From a virus (Duplodnaviria; Caudoviricetes): DNA of 33,252 nt. The DNA lies in IMG/VR virus record IMGVR_UViG_3300038318_000296, positions 1 to 33,252 of that record; one strand, given 5' to 3'. Below are positions 16,014 through 25,061 of the stretch, one piece after another. A program made the translations under genes and the position numbers. How positions within the stretch are numbered: position 1 is the stretch's first letter; each line of letters begins with the position of its first letter. The notes under the pieces were generated by a model. It worked only from the letters and a program-made list of their open reading frames with translations. It searched no databases and was not told where the DNA came from.

Positions 16014-16245
16014 TATTTGTGGAAAAATAATTAAAAATAACTTACAAAAGTATATAATTCCTATTTTATTCACAACGGAACAAACAGAAGGTAGAAATCA
16101 TAAACCATATATTGATTTTAAACAACTTGATGTATGTGATGAATGCTTATTAAATAGCACTAATATAACAGGATGTGGATGTATGGGTTATAATAAATAT
16201 AAATTTATAAATTTAAAAAAGGAGAAACAAAATGAAAACATTTGA
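15988..16245 (+). CDS. CxxC Zn-binding hypothetical protein
   Basis: CDICG...DVCDEC. Confidence 0.6.
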   Translation: METKITKCDICGKIIKNNLQKYIIPILFTTEQTEGRNHKPYIDFKQLDVCDECLLNSTNITGCGCMGYNKYKFINLKKEKQNENI

Positions 16246-16501
16246 TAAATTAGAAAAAAAAGACACTAGAAAAATTATAAATGATGTATTAAGAGAATAT
16301 CAATCTCGATTTGAACACGAAATAAATTGTTTAGCACCAAAAACAAAAATTGTATTTGAAAAAACAAGTTATGAAAGTTTTGCTTATTGTGATTGGTGTT
16401 CGTGTGATTTGTATGATAAAGGTTTTGATGATGATATGATTAAAGAAATAGAATATTGTCCATATTGTGGTGCTGAAATTATAAGAAACAATTTGGGATA
16501 A
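16232..16501 (+). CDS. Zn-ribbon hypothetical protein
   Basis: CDWC...YCPYCGA. Confidence 0.6.
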   Translation: MKTFDKLEKKDTRKIINDVLREYQSRFEHEINCLAPKTKIVFEKTSYESFAYCDWCSCDLYDKGFDDDMIKEIEYCPYCGAEIIRNNLG

Positions 16502-16694
16502 ACGAATTGAAGAAAAAATGAGTAATGATTTTGCTGATTGTGAGTTAGCTTGGTGCTCAAAAGGTGTTGCTAGAATGTTTAGATATATGTGGAACGGTAT
16601 GTTGCAAGGAAATATGAAAAATAAAGAAAAAAGAATTCATCCCACCCAAAAGCCAGTTGCTCTTTATACTTGGTTATACAAGATACTTTTTTAG
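16491..16694 (+). pseudogene. Central fragment of a beta-class N6/N4 DNA methyltransferase
   Basis: IWDK...FADCELAW...WNGMLQG...RIHPTQKPVALYTWL; DPPY and FxGxG motifs absent. Confidence 0.75.
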
Positions 16695-16704
16695 GAGAAT
16701 AAGA

Positions 16705-16827
16705 ATGAATAAAAGAAAACTCCGTTTATTAGAAAGTATAATATGTTTAGTTACATTACTTTTGGTAATGGCAGTTGTGATTGTTGGTATTATAAAATTC
16801 GCACAATTTGCTTTACAATATAGTTAG
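16705..16827 (+). CDS. 40-aa single-pass membrane peptide
   Basis: AGGAG RBS; MNKRKLRLLESIICLVTLLLVMAVVIVGIIKFAQFALQYS. Confidence 0.55.
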   Translation: MNKRKLRLLESIICLVTLLLVMAVVIVGIIKFAQFALQYS

Positions 16828-16911
16828 TATATGCTAGAATCAAAATATGAGTGATACATTGATATTACTCCACGGAAAATGGTTTTATGAATTGAAAGAT
16901 TTATAAAAGAG

Positions 16912-16943
16912 AAATAATGCCATTTATATGGTGTTATTTTTTT
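16912..16943 (+). terminator. Rho-independent terminator ending the early/middle region
   Basis: AAATAATGCCAT-TTAT-ATGGTGTTATTT hairpin followed by a T run. Confidence 0.8.
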
Positions 16944-16965
16944 ATAACTAAATTTATTAAAAAGA

Positions 16966-16993
16966 TTGACAAATATATAAAAGTGTGTATACT
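16966..16993 (+). promoter_or_regulatory. sigmaA promoter of the packaging operon
   Basis: TTGACA-16 bp-TATACT. Confidence 0.7.
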
Positions 16994-16999
16994 AAAATT

Positions 17000-17143
17000 A
17001 TGAAACAGCGAAAAAACATAACAATAGACAAGCAGATTTGGGAAAAAGGAAAAATTCAAGCAAAGAGTTTTGGATTATCATTTTCTGCATATATTCAAGC
17101 ATTAATAATAAGCGATATAAATATAAAAAGGGGTAAATTATGA
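17000..17143 (+). CDS. Ribbon-helix-helix (Arc/CopG-like) regulator, probably leaderless
   Basis: MKQRKNITIDKQIWEKGKIQAKSFGLSFSAYIQALI; ATG is 7 nt after the -10 box, no RBS; ATGA overlap with terS. Confidence 0.7.
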   Translation: MKQRKNITIDKQIWEKGKIQAKSFGLSFSAYIQALIISDINIKRGKL

Positions 17144-17508
17144 ACGATGAAAACTTAATACCACTTAACAAACGCTCGCCGAGAGAACGCAAAGAAATTT
17201 GCAGGAAGGGTGCAGAAGCGACTAATAAGAAGTTAAGAGAGCAAAAAACAATGCGTCAGTTAATGGAGATAATGTTAAAAACACCTGAAACTGAAAAGAA
17301 TATTGCTATACTTGAAAAAATGGGGATAGACAAAAAAGACGCAAATATAAAAGCGGGAATAGTATATGCTGGAATAATACAGCAAGCAAAGGCGGGCGAT
17401 AAATGGGCGATAGAGCAGATTATAAAACTATTTGGCGAGTATGAAGCAACAAAGATACAGTTAGACGGAAATGTTAAAATAGTTATTAAGGATGATTATG
17501 GAGAATGA
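17140..17508 (+). CDS. terS: Terminase small subunit
   Basis: NDENLIP..RSPRE..E..RKG and QAKAGD motifs; directly upstream of terL. Confidence 0.75.
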   Translation: MNDENLIPLNKRSPRERKEICRKGAEATNKKLREQKTMRQLMEIMLKTPETEKNIAILEKMGIDKKDANIKAGIVYAGIIQQAKAGDKWAIEQIIKLFGEYEATKIQLDGNVKIVIKDDYGE

Positions 17509-18778
17509 AGTTAATGCTGTTGTGCCATTAAACAAGATATTCCAAGAAATAAACAAAAGCAAAAAGCGGTATAGAATATTTAAGGGAAGTGCAGGGAGCG
17601 GAAAATCAACCGATGTTGCGTTAATGCTTATAAAGAAATTAAGCAATCCAAAATATAAAGGGTGTAACTTATTATGCGTTAGAAAGGTTGAAGCAACCAA
17701 CCGAGATAGCACATTGGCTGAACTTAAAAAGGCAATGAAGATTATATTTGGGGAAAGCGTTGATAAGGTTTGGCAATGCCCGCAAAGCAGAACATCGACA
17801 ATGCATTGTAAATGTTTGATAACGGGAAATGAGATTATATTTCGTGGGTGTAATAACCAAGAGGACATTGAAAAGATAAAATCAGTCAATTTTGAGAATG
17901 GCAAATTAACAGACATTTGGATTGAAGAGATGACCGAGATAACCGAGAAAGACTTTGACATATTAGATGATAGATTAAGGGGGAAACTAGCGGACGGGCA
18001 TTTTTATCAAATAAACGGAACTTTTAACCCCGTTAGTGCGACACATTGGATTAAGAAAAGATTTTTTGATTATGTCGACAATGATTGCATAACTAACCAT
18101 AGCACATATTTGTTAAACCGATTTATAGATAATGAATACCATACAAGAATGTTAAAGCGAAAAGAGTTAGACCCCGAGGGTTATTTAGTTTATGGATTGG
18201 GCGAGTGGGGAAATGTCGGAGGAACGATATTTCATAATTGGGAGATTAAAGATTTTGACACTAACAACTTTAATTCAAGGAACTATGGGCAAGACTTCGG
18301 GTTTAACCACGCAAACGCAATATTGGATATGGGCTTTAAGGATGATGATATTTATATTTGTAGAGAACTTTACGAACACGAAAAAGATATGAACCAAATT
18401 ATACAGCAAGCGATTGACGAGCAATGGGACAAGCGAATTGAAATGTTTTGCGATAGTGCTGAACCTGATAGAATACTTATGTGGCAACGGGCAGGTTTTA
18501 ATGCAAAACCAGTAAAAAAGGGTGCTGGGAGTGTAAAAGCACAAATTGATTGGTTAAAAGGCATAATGTCAAAAGACAAGGTTTGCAATAGAAAAATATA
18601 TATACATCCAAGTTGCGTGAACACGATTAAAGAAATCCAACAATACCGTTGGAAGTTAGACACAAAAAGCAATACATACCTTGATGAACCTGTTGAGTTT
18701 TTTGATGACGCAATGGCGGCGTTAAGATATGGAATAGAGCGGGTAAGACAACCGCAAACTGATTTTGGGTTTTTTTAG
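17498..18778 (+). CDS. terL: Terminase large subunit (PBSX-like)
   Basis: Walker A GSAGSGKS, Walker B DIWIEE, TFNP, GQDFGF and DDAMAALRY nuclease motifs. Confidence 0.95.
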   Translation: MENEVNAVVPLNKIFQEINKSKKRYRIFKGSAGSGKSTDVALMLIKKLSNPKYKGCNLLCVRKVEATNRDSTLAELKKAMKIIFGESVDKVWQCPQSRTSTMHCKCLITGNEIIFRGCNNQEDIEKIKSVNFENGKLTDIWIEEMTEITEKDFDILDDRLRGKLADGHFYQINGTFNPVSATHWIKKRFFDYVDNDCITNHSTYLLNRFIDNEYHTRMLKRKELDPEGYLVYGLGEWGNVGGTIFHNWEIKDFDTNNFNSRNYGQDFGFNHANAILDMGFKDDDIYICRELYEHEKDMNQIIQQAIDEQWDKRIEMFCDSAEPDRILMWQRAGFNAKPVKKGAGSVKAQIDWLKGIMSKDKVCNRKIYIHPSCVNTIKEIQQYRWKLDTKSNTYLDEPVEFFDDAMAALRYGIERVRQPQTDFGFF

Positions 18779-18794
18779 TAAAAGGGAGAATAAA

Positions 18795-19019
18795 ATGTTT
18801 ATAAGAAAAAAGCGATTAAAAAAGGCAGTTGATAGATTGGCATATATGTTGGCAGAATATCAATTTGAGGAAAAGTGCGACTTCAATGAATATGATTTAA
18901 GGGAATTGACTGATGAAGAATATGCTAAATTATTGAAAGAGAAAAAAGATGTATTTATGGAAAATCAAATAAATGAAAACATTAAAATAGCATTGAGGAG
19001 AGAAATAAATGGCAGGTAG
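18795..19019 (+). CDS. Hypothetical protein
   Basis: AAGGGAG RBS supports ATG 18795. Confidence 0.6.
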   Translation: MFIRKKRLKKAVDRLAYMLAEYQFEEKCDFNEYDLRELTDEEYAKLLKEKKDVFMENQINENIKIALRREINGR

Positions 19020-20514
19020 TTTTCAAATAGGTTCGTTAGAAACAAGAAATTATATAATGAGAAAGTTCCAAAATGGCGGAACCATACTTGATGTAGGTGC
19101 TGGCAGTGGTAAATATGCTTATATGCTTAATAAGCATTTTACAATGGACGCTGTTGAAGTGTTTCAAAAAAACATAACTGATTATAATTTAGAAAAGTTA
19201 TATAAAAATGTTTATAATTGTGATATCCTTGATTTTGAATTTGAATATTACGATATTATTATTATGGGCGATATTTTAGAACACATAGAAATTGAAAAGG
19301 CACAGGCACTTATTGAGAAATTTAAAACAAAGTGCAAAGAGTTAATTATAGCAGTGCCTTATGAATATGAGCAGGGCGAATTGTATGGCAACAAATATGA
19401 AATACATTTACAACCTGATTTGACACCTGCAATATTTAACGAACGCTATAAAGGTTTTAAGCCTATATTTATACACGAATTATATGGTATTTATGCGTTA
19501 GATAAGGGCGACAAAATGCTATCAATTATAATACCACAATTTAATGAAAATGAAATTATGATTAAGCCTTTGCTTGATGGAATTACAGGTCAAGTTGGAA
19601 TTGATTATTTTAACATTGAAGTGATAATTATTAATGGTGGTGGCGGACACAAACTAAATGAAAAGTTTTTAAGCCTTTACAGACAAGCAAATTTGCGTTA
19701 TTTAACTGCTGATAAAGATTTAGGACCTGGATATAGCAGGCAATACGGACTTGACAACTGCAATAGTGATTATGTAATGTTTGTTGACGCTGATGACAGA
19801 CTTTATTCAGTTTTTAGTTTGAGAACAATAATTAACAATATCGCAAGCGGAGATTATGATTATCTACACGGGCAGTTTTTAAGTGAGGGGAAATATGCAA
19901 ATGGATTGTTGGCGTATGAAAACAAAAAAGACACTTGCACTTGGATACATAGCAAAATATACCGCCGTCTGTTTTTAGCGGAAAATAATATTAGATTTCC
20001 AAAAGAATTAAAAACAAACGAGGACGCATATTTTAACGAATTGGTAAAATGCACCGTGAAGCCCGAACGAGAAAGGCACATAAATGAAATGCTTACTGTT
20101 TGGAAGTTTAATGAAAATAGTATTACACGCAAAGACAATTATGAATTTGTAAAGTCTAAAAATATGTTATCTTACATAAAAAGCAAAATAATGTTATATG
20201 GCGAAATGCGAAAAAGGAAAAACGCAAAGATATATGAAAATGTGAACTATACTTGTTGTTATTTATATTTCTATATGCAACAAGAGTTTTGGTTTTCGGT
20301 AGAAGCGATTATGGAAAAGATAGAAACGGAAAAAGCGATTTGGAAGTTTAGGGAAAAGTTTATGGAAGAATATTCTCGGTTGGAAGAAAAATCATTTTTG
20401 CGTATATACAATCAGGCACGAAAAGTTATGGAAGGCGACGCAACTTTTCACGAGTTTGAAACATATAAACAATTTTGGCAAAGACTTGGTATTGATTTTG
20501 GGAAAAAGAATTGA
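19009..20514 (+). CDS. Class I SAM methyltransferase-GT2 glycosyltransferase fusion
   Basis: ILDVGAGSG and GDILEH (MTase); LSIIIPQFN, GPGYSRQYG, FVDADD and NED (GT-A fold). Confidence 0.85.
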   Translation: MAGSFQIGSLETRNYIMRKFQNGGTILDVGAGSGKYAYMLNKHFTMDAVEVFQKNITDYNLEKLYKNVYNCDILDFEFEYYDIIIMGDILEHIEIEKAQALIEKFKTKCKELIIAVPYEYEQGELYGNKYEIHLQPDLTPAIFNERYKGFKPIFIHELYGIYALDKGDKMLSIIIPQFNENEIMIKPLLDGITGQVGIDYFNIEVIIINGGGGHKLNEKFLSLYRQANLRYLTADKDLGPGYSRQYGLDNCNSDYVMFVDADDRLYSVFSLRTIINNIASGDYDYLHGQFLSEGKYANGLLAYENKKDTCTWIHSKIYRRLFLAENNIRFPKELKTNEDAYFNELVKCTVKPERERHINEMLTVWKFNENSITRKDNYEFVKSKNMLSYIKSKIMLYGEMRKRKNAKIYENVNYTCCYLYFYMQQEFWFSVEAIMEKIETEKAIWKFREKFMEEYSRLEEKSFLRIYNQARKVMEGDATFHEFETYKQFWQRLGIDFGKKN

Positions 20515-20539
20515 CAATTTTTATATAAAATGATAGATT
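20511..20539 (+). promoter_or_regulatory. sigmaA promoter upstream of the portal gene
   Basis: TTGACA-17 bp-TAGATT with an extended -10 TG. Confidence 0.65.
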
Positions 20540-20561
20540 GAAAAAAGGAGATAATTATAAT

Positions 20562-21920
20562 ATGATAACAATTCAAAATTATAATATATCAAGTGACAAA
20601 CCAAGATTTTTATATAGTGCTATAACAAAACACCAAACAAGTGATATATACTTGAATGCAAAGACTGCTTTTGAATATTATTTGGGTAAAGATGAAAATA
20701 TATTAAACAGGTCATTATTGTTTTTAAGCAGTGGCGGGATTGCTGTTGATAGATTTAAGGCAAATAATAAAGTTCCAAGTGAATTTTTCAAAAAAATAGT
20801 ACAACAAAAGGTTTCATATTTGCTTGGAAACGGTTTAACGATTGATGATAAGATAAAAGACAAATTAGGCAAAAAGTTTGACATAACGTTGCAACGGGCG
20901 GGAAGAAGTGCAAGTTATGGTGCAGTTTCATTTGTTTATTTTTATGTGGATGGCGACAAACTTTCACAAAGAGATTTTAACATTTTGGAATTTGTGCCGA
21001 TTTGGGATGAAGACGCAGGGGAATTAGTTGCGGGCATACGATATTGGAAACTAGACAAGACATCGCCATTGCATTTTGAATTTTATGAACTTGATGGTGT
21101 TACTGAATATAAAAAGGACAACAAAAACGGAATAGTTGTCGTTAGTGAAAAACAGCCATACATAGAAAAAGTATTTGAAGATAGCACAGGAAAACGAACA
21201 ATTGGCAGTCAAAACTTTAATATGTTTCCTGTTATACCGTTATGGAACAATGACATTAAGACAAGCGATTTTACAACTGCATTAAAAAGCAAGATTGATT
21301 TATACGATATTGTGTTAAGTGATTTTGGAAATAACCTTGAAGACAACAACGATGTTTTTTGGATTATTAAAAATTATCAAGGGCAAACCCCAGAAGAGTT
21401 TATACAGCAATTCAAGCAATATAAGATGTTGCGAGTGAACGGCGATGGTGATGCTAAACCACAAGCATTTGAAACTCCATACCAAGCAAGACAAGTCGCA
21501 TTGGATATTATTAAGCAAGAAATATATAAGCAATCAATGGCACTTGATACGAGTATTTTAGCGGGCGGAAGTTTAACTAATATTGCTATAAAAGCGAATA
21601 TGGTTGATTTAGGGTTAAAGTGCGATGAGTTTGAATTTAATGTTTTAGATTTTATTGATAATGTTTTAGCACTTATAAAAGAGTATTTTAATATTGATAT
21701 TGAAAAAGCAGAACCGAAGTTTATCCGTAGGGATTTAATTAATGACACTGAAATAATAACCAACATTATGACAATGCGAAGTGATATCTCACATAAAACG
21801 GCATTAAGTCTTAATCCATACATTGAGAATGTTAAAGAAGAATTAAAAGAAATAGACAACGAAAGAATGGATAGATTTACGATTGAAGAGACGGATGAAG
21901 AAATAACCGAAGAGGTGTAA
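20562..21920 (+). CDS. Portal protein (SPP1 gp6-like)
   Basis: YYLG, IVQQKVSYLLGNG and IDLYD..SDFGNNLED motifs; position and size; AAGGAG RBS. Confidence 0.9.
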   Translation: MITIQNYNISSDKPRFLYSAITKHQTSDIYLNAKTAFEYYLGKDENILNRSLLFLSSGGIAVDRFKANNKVPSEFFKKIVQQKVSYLLGNGLTIDDKIKDKLGKKFDITLQRAGRSASYGAVSFVYFYVDGDKLSQRDFNILEFVPIWDEDAGELVAGIRYWKLDKTSPLHFEFYELDGVTEYKKDNKNGIVVVSEKQPYIEKVFEDSTGKRTIGSQNFNMFPVIPLWNNDIKTSDFTTALKSKIDLYDIVLSDFGNNLEDNNDVFWIIKNYQGQTPEEFIQQFKQYKMLRVNGDGDAKPQAFETPYQARQVALDIIKQEIYKQSMALDTSILAGGSLTNIAIKANMVDLGLKCDEFEFNVLDFIDNVLALIKEYFNIDIEKAEPKFIRRDLINDTEIITNIMTMRSDISHKTALSLNPYIENVKEELKEIDNERMDRFTIEETDEEITEEV

Positions 21921-21923
21921 AGT

Positions 21924-22760
21924 ATGGATAAAGCACACGCAAAAACCGATAGAATATTACTAGAAATTGAGAAGAAATTAAAAGCGAGTTATTCGTACGC
22001 ATACAAAGATGTTAAAAAGCAATTAACTGAAATTGTGGCAAAAATGGAATTGTCGCAAGGCTTAACGGCAAACGAAAGATACTTACTTGCTAACAAATAT
22101 GACCGATTAACAAAACTAGCAGAGCAGATTACTGATACAATTAACAATGCGGACAAAGAAGCAGTTAGAATTATAAACGGCGAGTTGGCAAACATATACA
22201 CAATTAACAAAAAGCAAGCAGAAAGTCTATTTGCAAAGTACGGAGTTGAATTTAATGCGATTAACAAGACGGCGACAAACCAATTAGTTGCTGAGAGTAT
22301 AAGCCCATTTGACAAATTAGCGATTGATAACTTAAAAAGCAAGGACGCAGTTTTGCGGGCATTAAAACAAGAATTTACAACAAGCATTATGACAGGCGAA
22401 AGTATACCGAATATGGCAAAGCGAATCAAAGGCGTTACGGAGCGAAATCTTGCTGATAGTATAAGAATAGCAAGAACTGAAACAACAAGGGTTGAAAACT
22501 CTGCACGATATGAAGTAGGGAAGAAAGGCGAAGAACTAGGCTTTAAGATGAAACGAGAGTGGGTGGCAACAACCGATGAAAGAACACGGGAAGAACACGC
22601 AGACGCAGATGGGCAACAGGTTGATATGGATGAACCATTTACGGTAGGCGGAGAACAATTAATGTATCCAGGCGACACGAGTTTAGGGGCAAGTGCTAAA
22701 AACACAATTAACTGCCGTTGCACGATTAAAAATATAATTGTTGAGGAAAGCAAAAAATAA
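21924..22760 (+). CDS. Minor head morphogenesis protein (SPP1 gp7/Mu F-like)
   Basis: RIARTET, WVATTDERTREEH and INCRC motifs. Confidence 0.9.
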   Translation: MDKAHAKTDRILLEIEKKLKASYSYAYKDVKKQLTEIVAKMELSQGLTANERYLLANKYDRLTKLAEQITDTINNADKEAVRIINGELANIYTINKKQAESLFAKYGVEFNAINKTATNQLVAESISPFDKLAIDNLKSKDAVLRALKQEFTTSIMTGESIPNMAKRIKGVTERNLADSIRIARTETTRVENSARYEVGKKGEELGFKMKREWVATTDERTREEHADADGQQVDMDEPFTVGGEQLMYPGDTSLGASAKNTINCRCTIKNIIVEESKK

Positions 22761-22781
22761 TATAGCAAAATTGTTTTTTAT

Positions 22782-22810
22782 TTGACAATTTTTAAAAAGT
22801 GTGTTATATA
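22782..22810 (+). promoter_or_regulatory. Promoter upstream of the scaffold/capsid genes
   Basis: TTGACA-17 bp-TATATA with an extended -10 TG. Confidence 0.55.
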
Positions 22811-22888
22811 AAATATAGATATATGTTTTATGTCGAGTTGACGAACTATAAGCGGAATTTGCCGACGGGCGTTAAATGGGAGTATAAA

Positions 22889-23461
22889 ATGGATGAAAAA
22901 CAAAAAGATGTTGGGACACAACCAACACCAAATACGCAACCACAAGCGGTTAATAGTGGAGTTGATTTAGCAGAAATAACAAAATTGGCGGAAGAAAAAG
23001 CACAAGCGAAAGCGGAAGCCATTGTTAAAAGTATGTTAGACCAAAAAGGAATCGAGAAAGCAGAAGCCGATACTATTTTAGAAACTTGGAGAAATAACCA
23101 AAAACAAAAACAAATAGAACTTGAAGCTTCGCTAAATGATTACAAAACAAAATATGAAACATTGTCAACACAATTACAAAACGATAAAAAACTTGCTATT
23201 GTTAAAAGCGAATTAATAGCGTCTGGTGCAAACCAAAAGTTATTAGATTTATTTATAAAAAGCATTGATTTATCTAAATTAGAAGTTGACACAGAAGGCA
23301 AGGCAAAAAATATAGAAAGTTTAATTAATCCAATAAAAGAAAATTATAAAGATTTTTTTGGAGTAGTTAAAGATATTGGGACACAACCTAAAAACATTCC
23401 TAATACGAATGAATTAGCGGATGACCCGTTCCTTGCTGGATTTATGAAAAATAAAAAATAA
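22889..23461 (+). CDS. Capsid scaffolding protein
   Basis: Coiled-coil protein upstream of the MCP, ending DDPFLAGF; GGGAG RBS at ATG 22889. Confidence 0.8.
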   Translation: MDEKQKDVGTQPTPNTQPQAVNSGVDLAEITKLAEEKAQAKAEAIVKSMLDQKGIEKAEADTILETWRNNQKQKQIELEASLNDYKTKYETLSTQLQNDKKLAIVKSELIASGANQKLLDLFIKSIDLSKLEVDTEGKAKNIESLINPIKENYKDFFGVVKDIGTQPKNIPNTNELADDPFLAGFMKNKK

Positions 23462-23480
23462 AAAATAGGAGAAAAAAATT

Positions 23481-24581
23481 ATGGTTAATAATTTAGCAAC
23501 AAAATATTCATCAGTAGTTGATGAAAGATTTAAAGAGGTTTCGCTTACCGAAGCAGCAGTTAATAGAGATTATGATTGGGATGGAGTAGCGTCTGTAATA
23601 GTATACGATGTGGATACATCAGCAATGAATAATTACACAACAAGTGGTTCAAATAGATATGGAACACCAAGCGAACTTGGAAATGGAATTCAAACATTTA
23701 CAATCGGGCAAGACCGTTCATTTACATTTACGATTGATAGAAAAAACAATGATGACGCAATGATGGTTATGGCAGCAGGCGAAGCATTAGGTAGACAAAT
23801 TGATGAAGTTGTTGCACCTGAAACCGATGAATATCGTATTGCAAAAATGGTTCTTAATGCAGCAAACTCTGACGGAACAGCAATTACAACGGCAAACGCT
23901 TATAGTAAATTTTTGGACGCAAGAGCAAATATTAGAAAAGCAAAAGTTCCTGTTAATGGTTGTATTGCATTTGTTTCAACAAACTTTTACAAAAAAATCA
24001 AACAAGATAGTTCATTTGTTAAAGCAAGTGATATAGCACAAAATATGTTAATTACAGGGCAAATTGGTAGAATTGACAACATAGCAGTTGTAGAAGTGCC
24101 TGAAAGTTATTTACTTGGTGCTGAATTTGTAATTACACATCCAGTCGCAACTACTGCTTGTGAAAAATTGGCAGAATACAGGGTACACGACAATGCACCT
24201 GGAATTAGTGGTTGGTTAGTTGAGGGCAGAACAAGATATGATGCATTTGTTAGAAAAAACAAGAAAAGTGCTATTGCAACACAAATTGGTGAAATTACGC
24301 TTGAAAGTGCAGCAACAGGTACATCGACTGTAACGACAGTCCTTGACTTTGACGGAATGGATACTGCATTGAGGGCAGGTTTTGAAATTAGATATGCTTC
24401 AACAGCAACAACTCAAAAGGCAGCAACAGTGGGTGCAGATTGTTCAACTTGGTCAGCATTGGCAACAACTGCAATTGCGACAACTTCTGCAACTTATAAA
24501 ATAGCAGCAGCATTATGCGACCCAACAACTCACGTTTGTATTGTTCCAACTACAAGTATATTACCAACAGTATATTCGTAA
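23481..24581 (+). CDS. Major capsid protein with a ~100-aa Thr/Ser/Ala-rich C-terminal extension
   Basis: NLATKYS..VDERF, DRSFTFTID, VAPETDEYR and GWLVEGR.RYDAFV motifs. Confidence 0.9.
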   Translation: MVNNLATKYSSVVDERFKEVSLTEAAVNRDYDWDGVASVIVYDVDTSAMNNYTTSGSNRYGTPSELGNGIQTFTIGQDRSFTFTIDRKNNDDAMMVMAAGEALGRQIDEVVAPETDEYRIAKMVLNAANSDGTAITTANAYSKFLDARANIRKAKVPVNGCIAFVSTNFYKKIKQDSSFVKASDIAQNMLITGQIGRIDNIAVVEVPESYLLGAEFVITHPVATTACEKLAEYRVHDNAPGISGWLVEGRTRYDAFVRKNKKSAIATQIGEITLESAATGTSTVTTVLDFDGMDTALRAGFEIRYASTATTQKAATVGADCSTWSALATTAIATTSATYKIAAALCDPTTHVCIVPTTSILPTVYS

Positions 24582-24594
24582 TAGGAGTTAAAAA

Positions 24595-25053
24595 ATGATT
24601 GAGCAAGTATTAGATAGTATTCATAATTATTTTGAAAATGCTTATGAAACTGGGGATTATGTTTTCGGTAACGGAAGCGTGGCAGTTAAAGGTACATATT
24701 ATAAAGACGGATATGTTAGAATAATAGGTACAGTCCAAAATGATGGTGTATATAAAGTCGATAACTTTGCCGATGGTGTTTTAACAATAGAGGAATTAAA
24801 GGCAGAAATTGCGACTTGCTATATAGTAAGATTGGCAATACCATCTGCCTTTCTTTCTTTATATAATAAAATTGTTACTTTTCAAGCGAATGCAGATAAA
24901 CATAAGGGAATTGCAAGCGAAAACATACAAGGTTATTATAGTGTTAGTTTTGGAAACAATGATTTTGAAACCGAATTTTCAAGTGAATTATCGGTTTACA
25001 AAAAAATACCATTTGGCAAATTAGATTTTATTGATTTTGTGCCTGAATTTTAG
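24595..25053 (+). CDS. Head-tail connector/adaptor
   Basis: Follows the MCP; IHNYF and SENIQGYYSVSF motifs. Confidence 0.7.
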   Translation: MIEQVLDSIHNYFENAYETGDYVFGNGSVAVKGTYYKDGYVRIIGTVQNDGVYKVDNFADGVLTIEELKAEIATCYIVRLAIPSAFLSLYNKIVTFQANADKHKGIASENIQGYYSVSFGNNDFETEFSSELSVYKKIPFGKLDFIDFVPEF

Positions 25054-25061
25054 GGGTAAAT

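Noticed and set aside
18764-18794. +1 frameshift at TTT TTT TAG fusing terL to the next ORF
   Set aside because: The +1 frame is open, but the downstream gene has its own RBS and ATG at 18795 and terL appears complete; there is no further support.
21989-22768. Long minus-strand ORFs (259 aa here; also 21377-21859, 17461-17961, 4190-4639)
   Set aside because: Antisense shadows of well-supported + strand genes, with no recognisable motifs.
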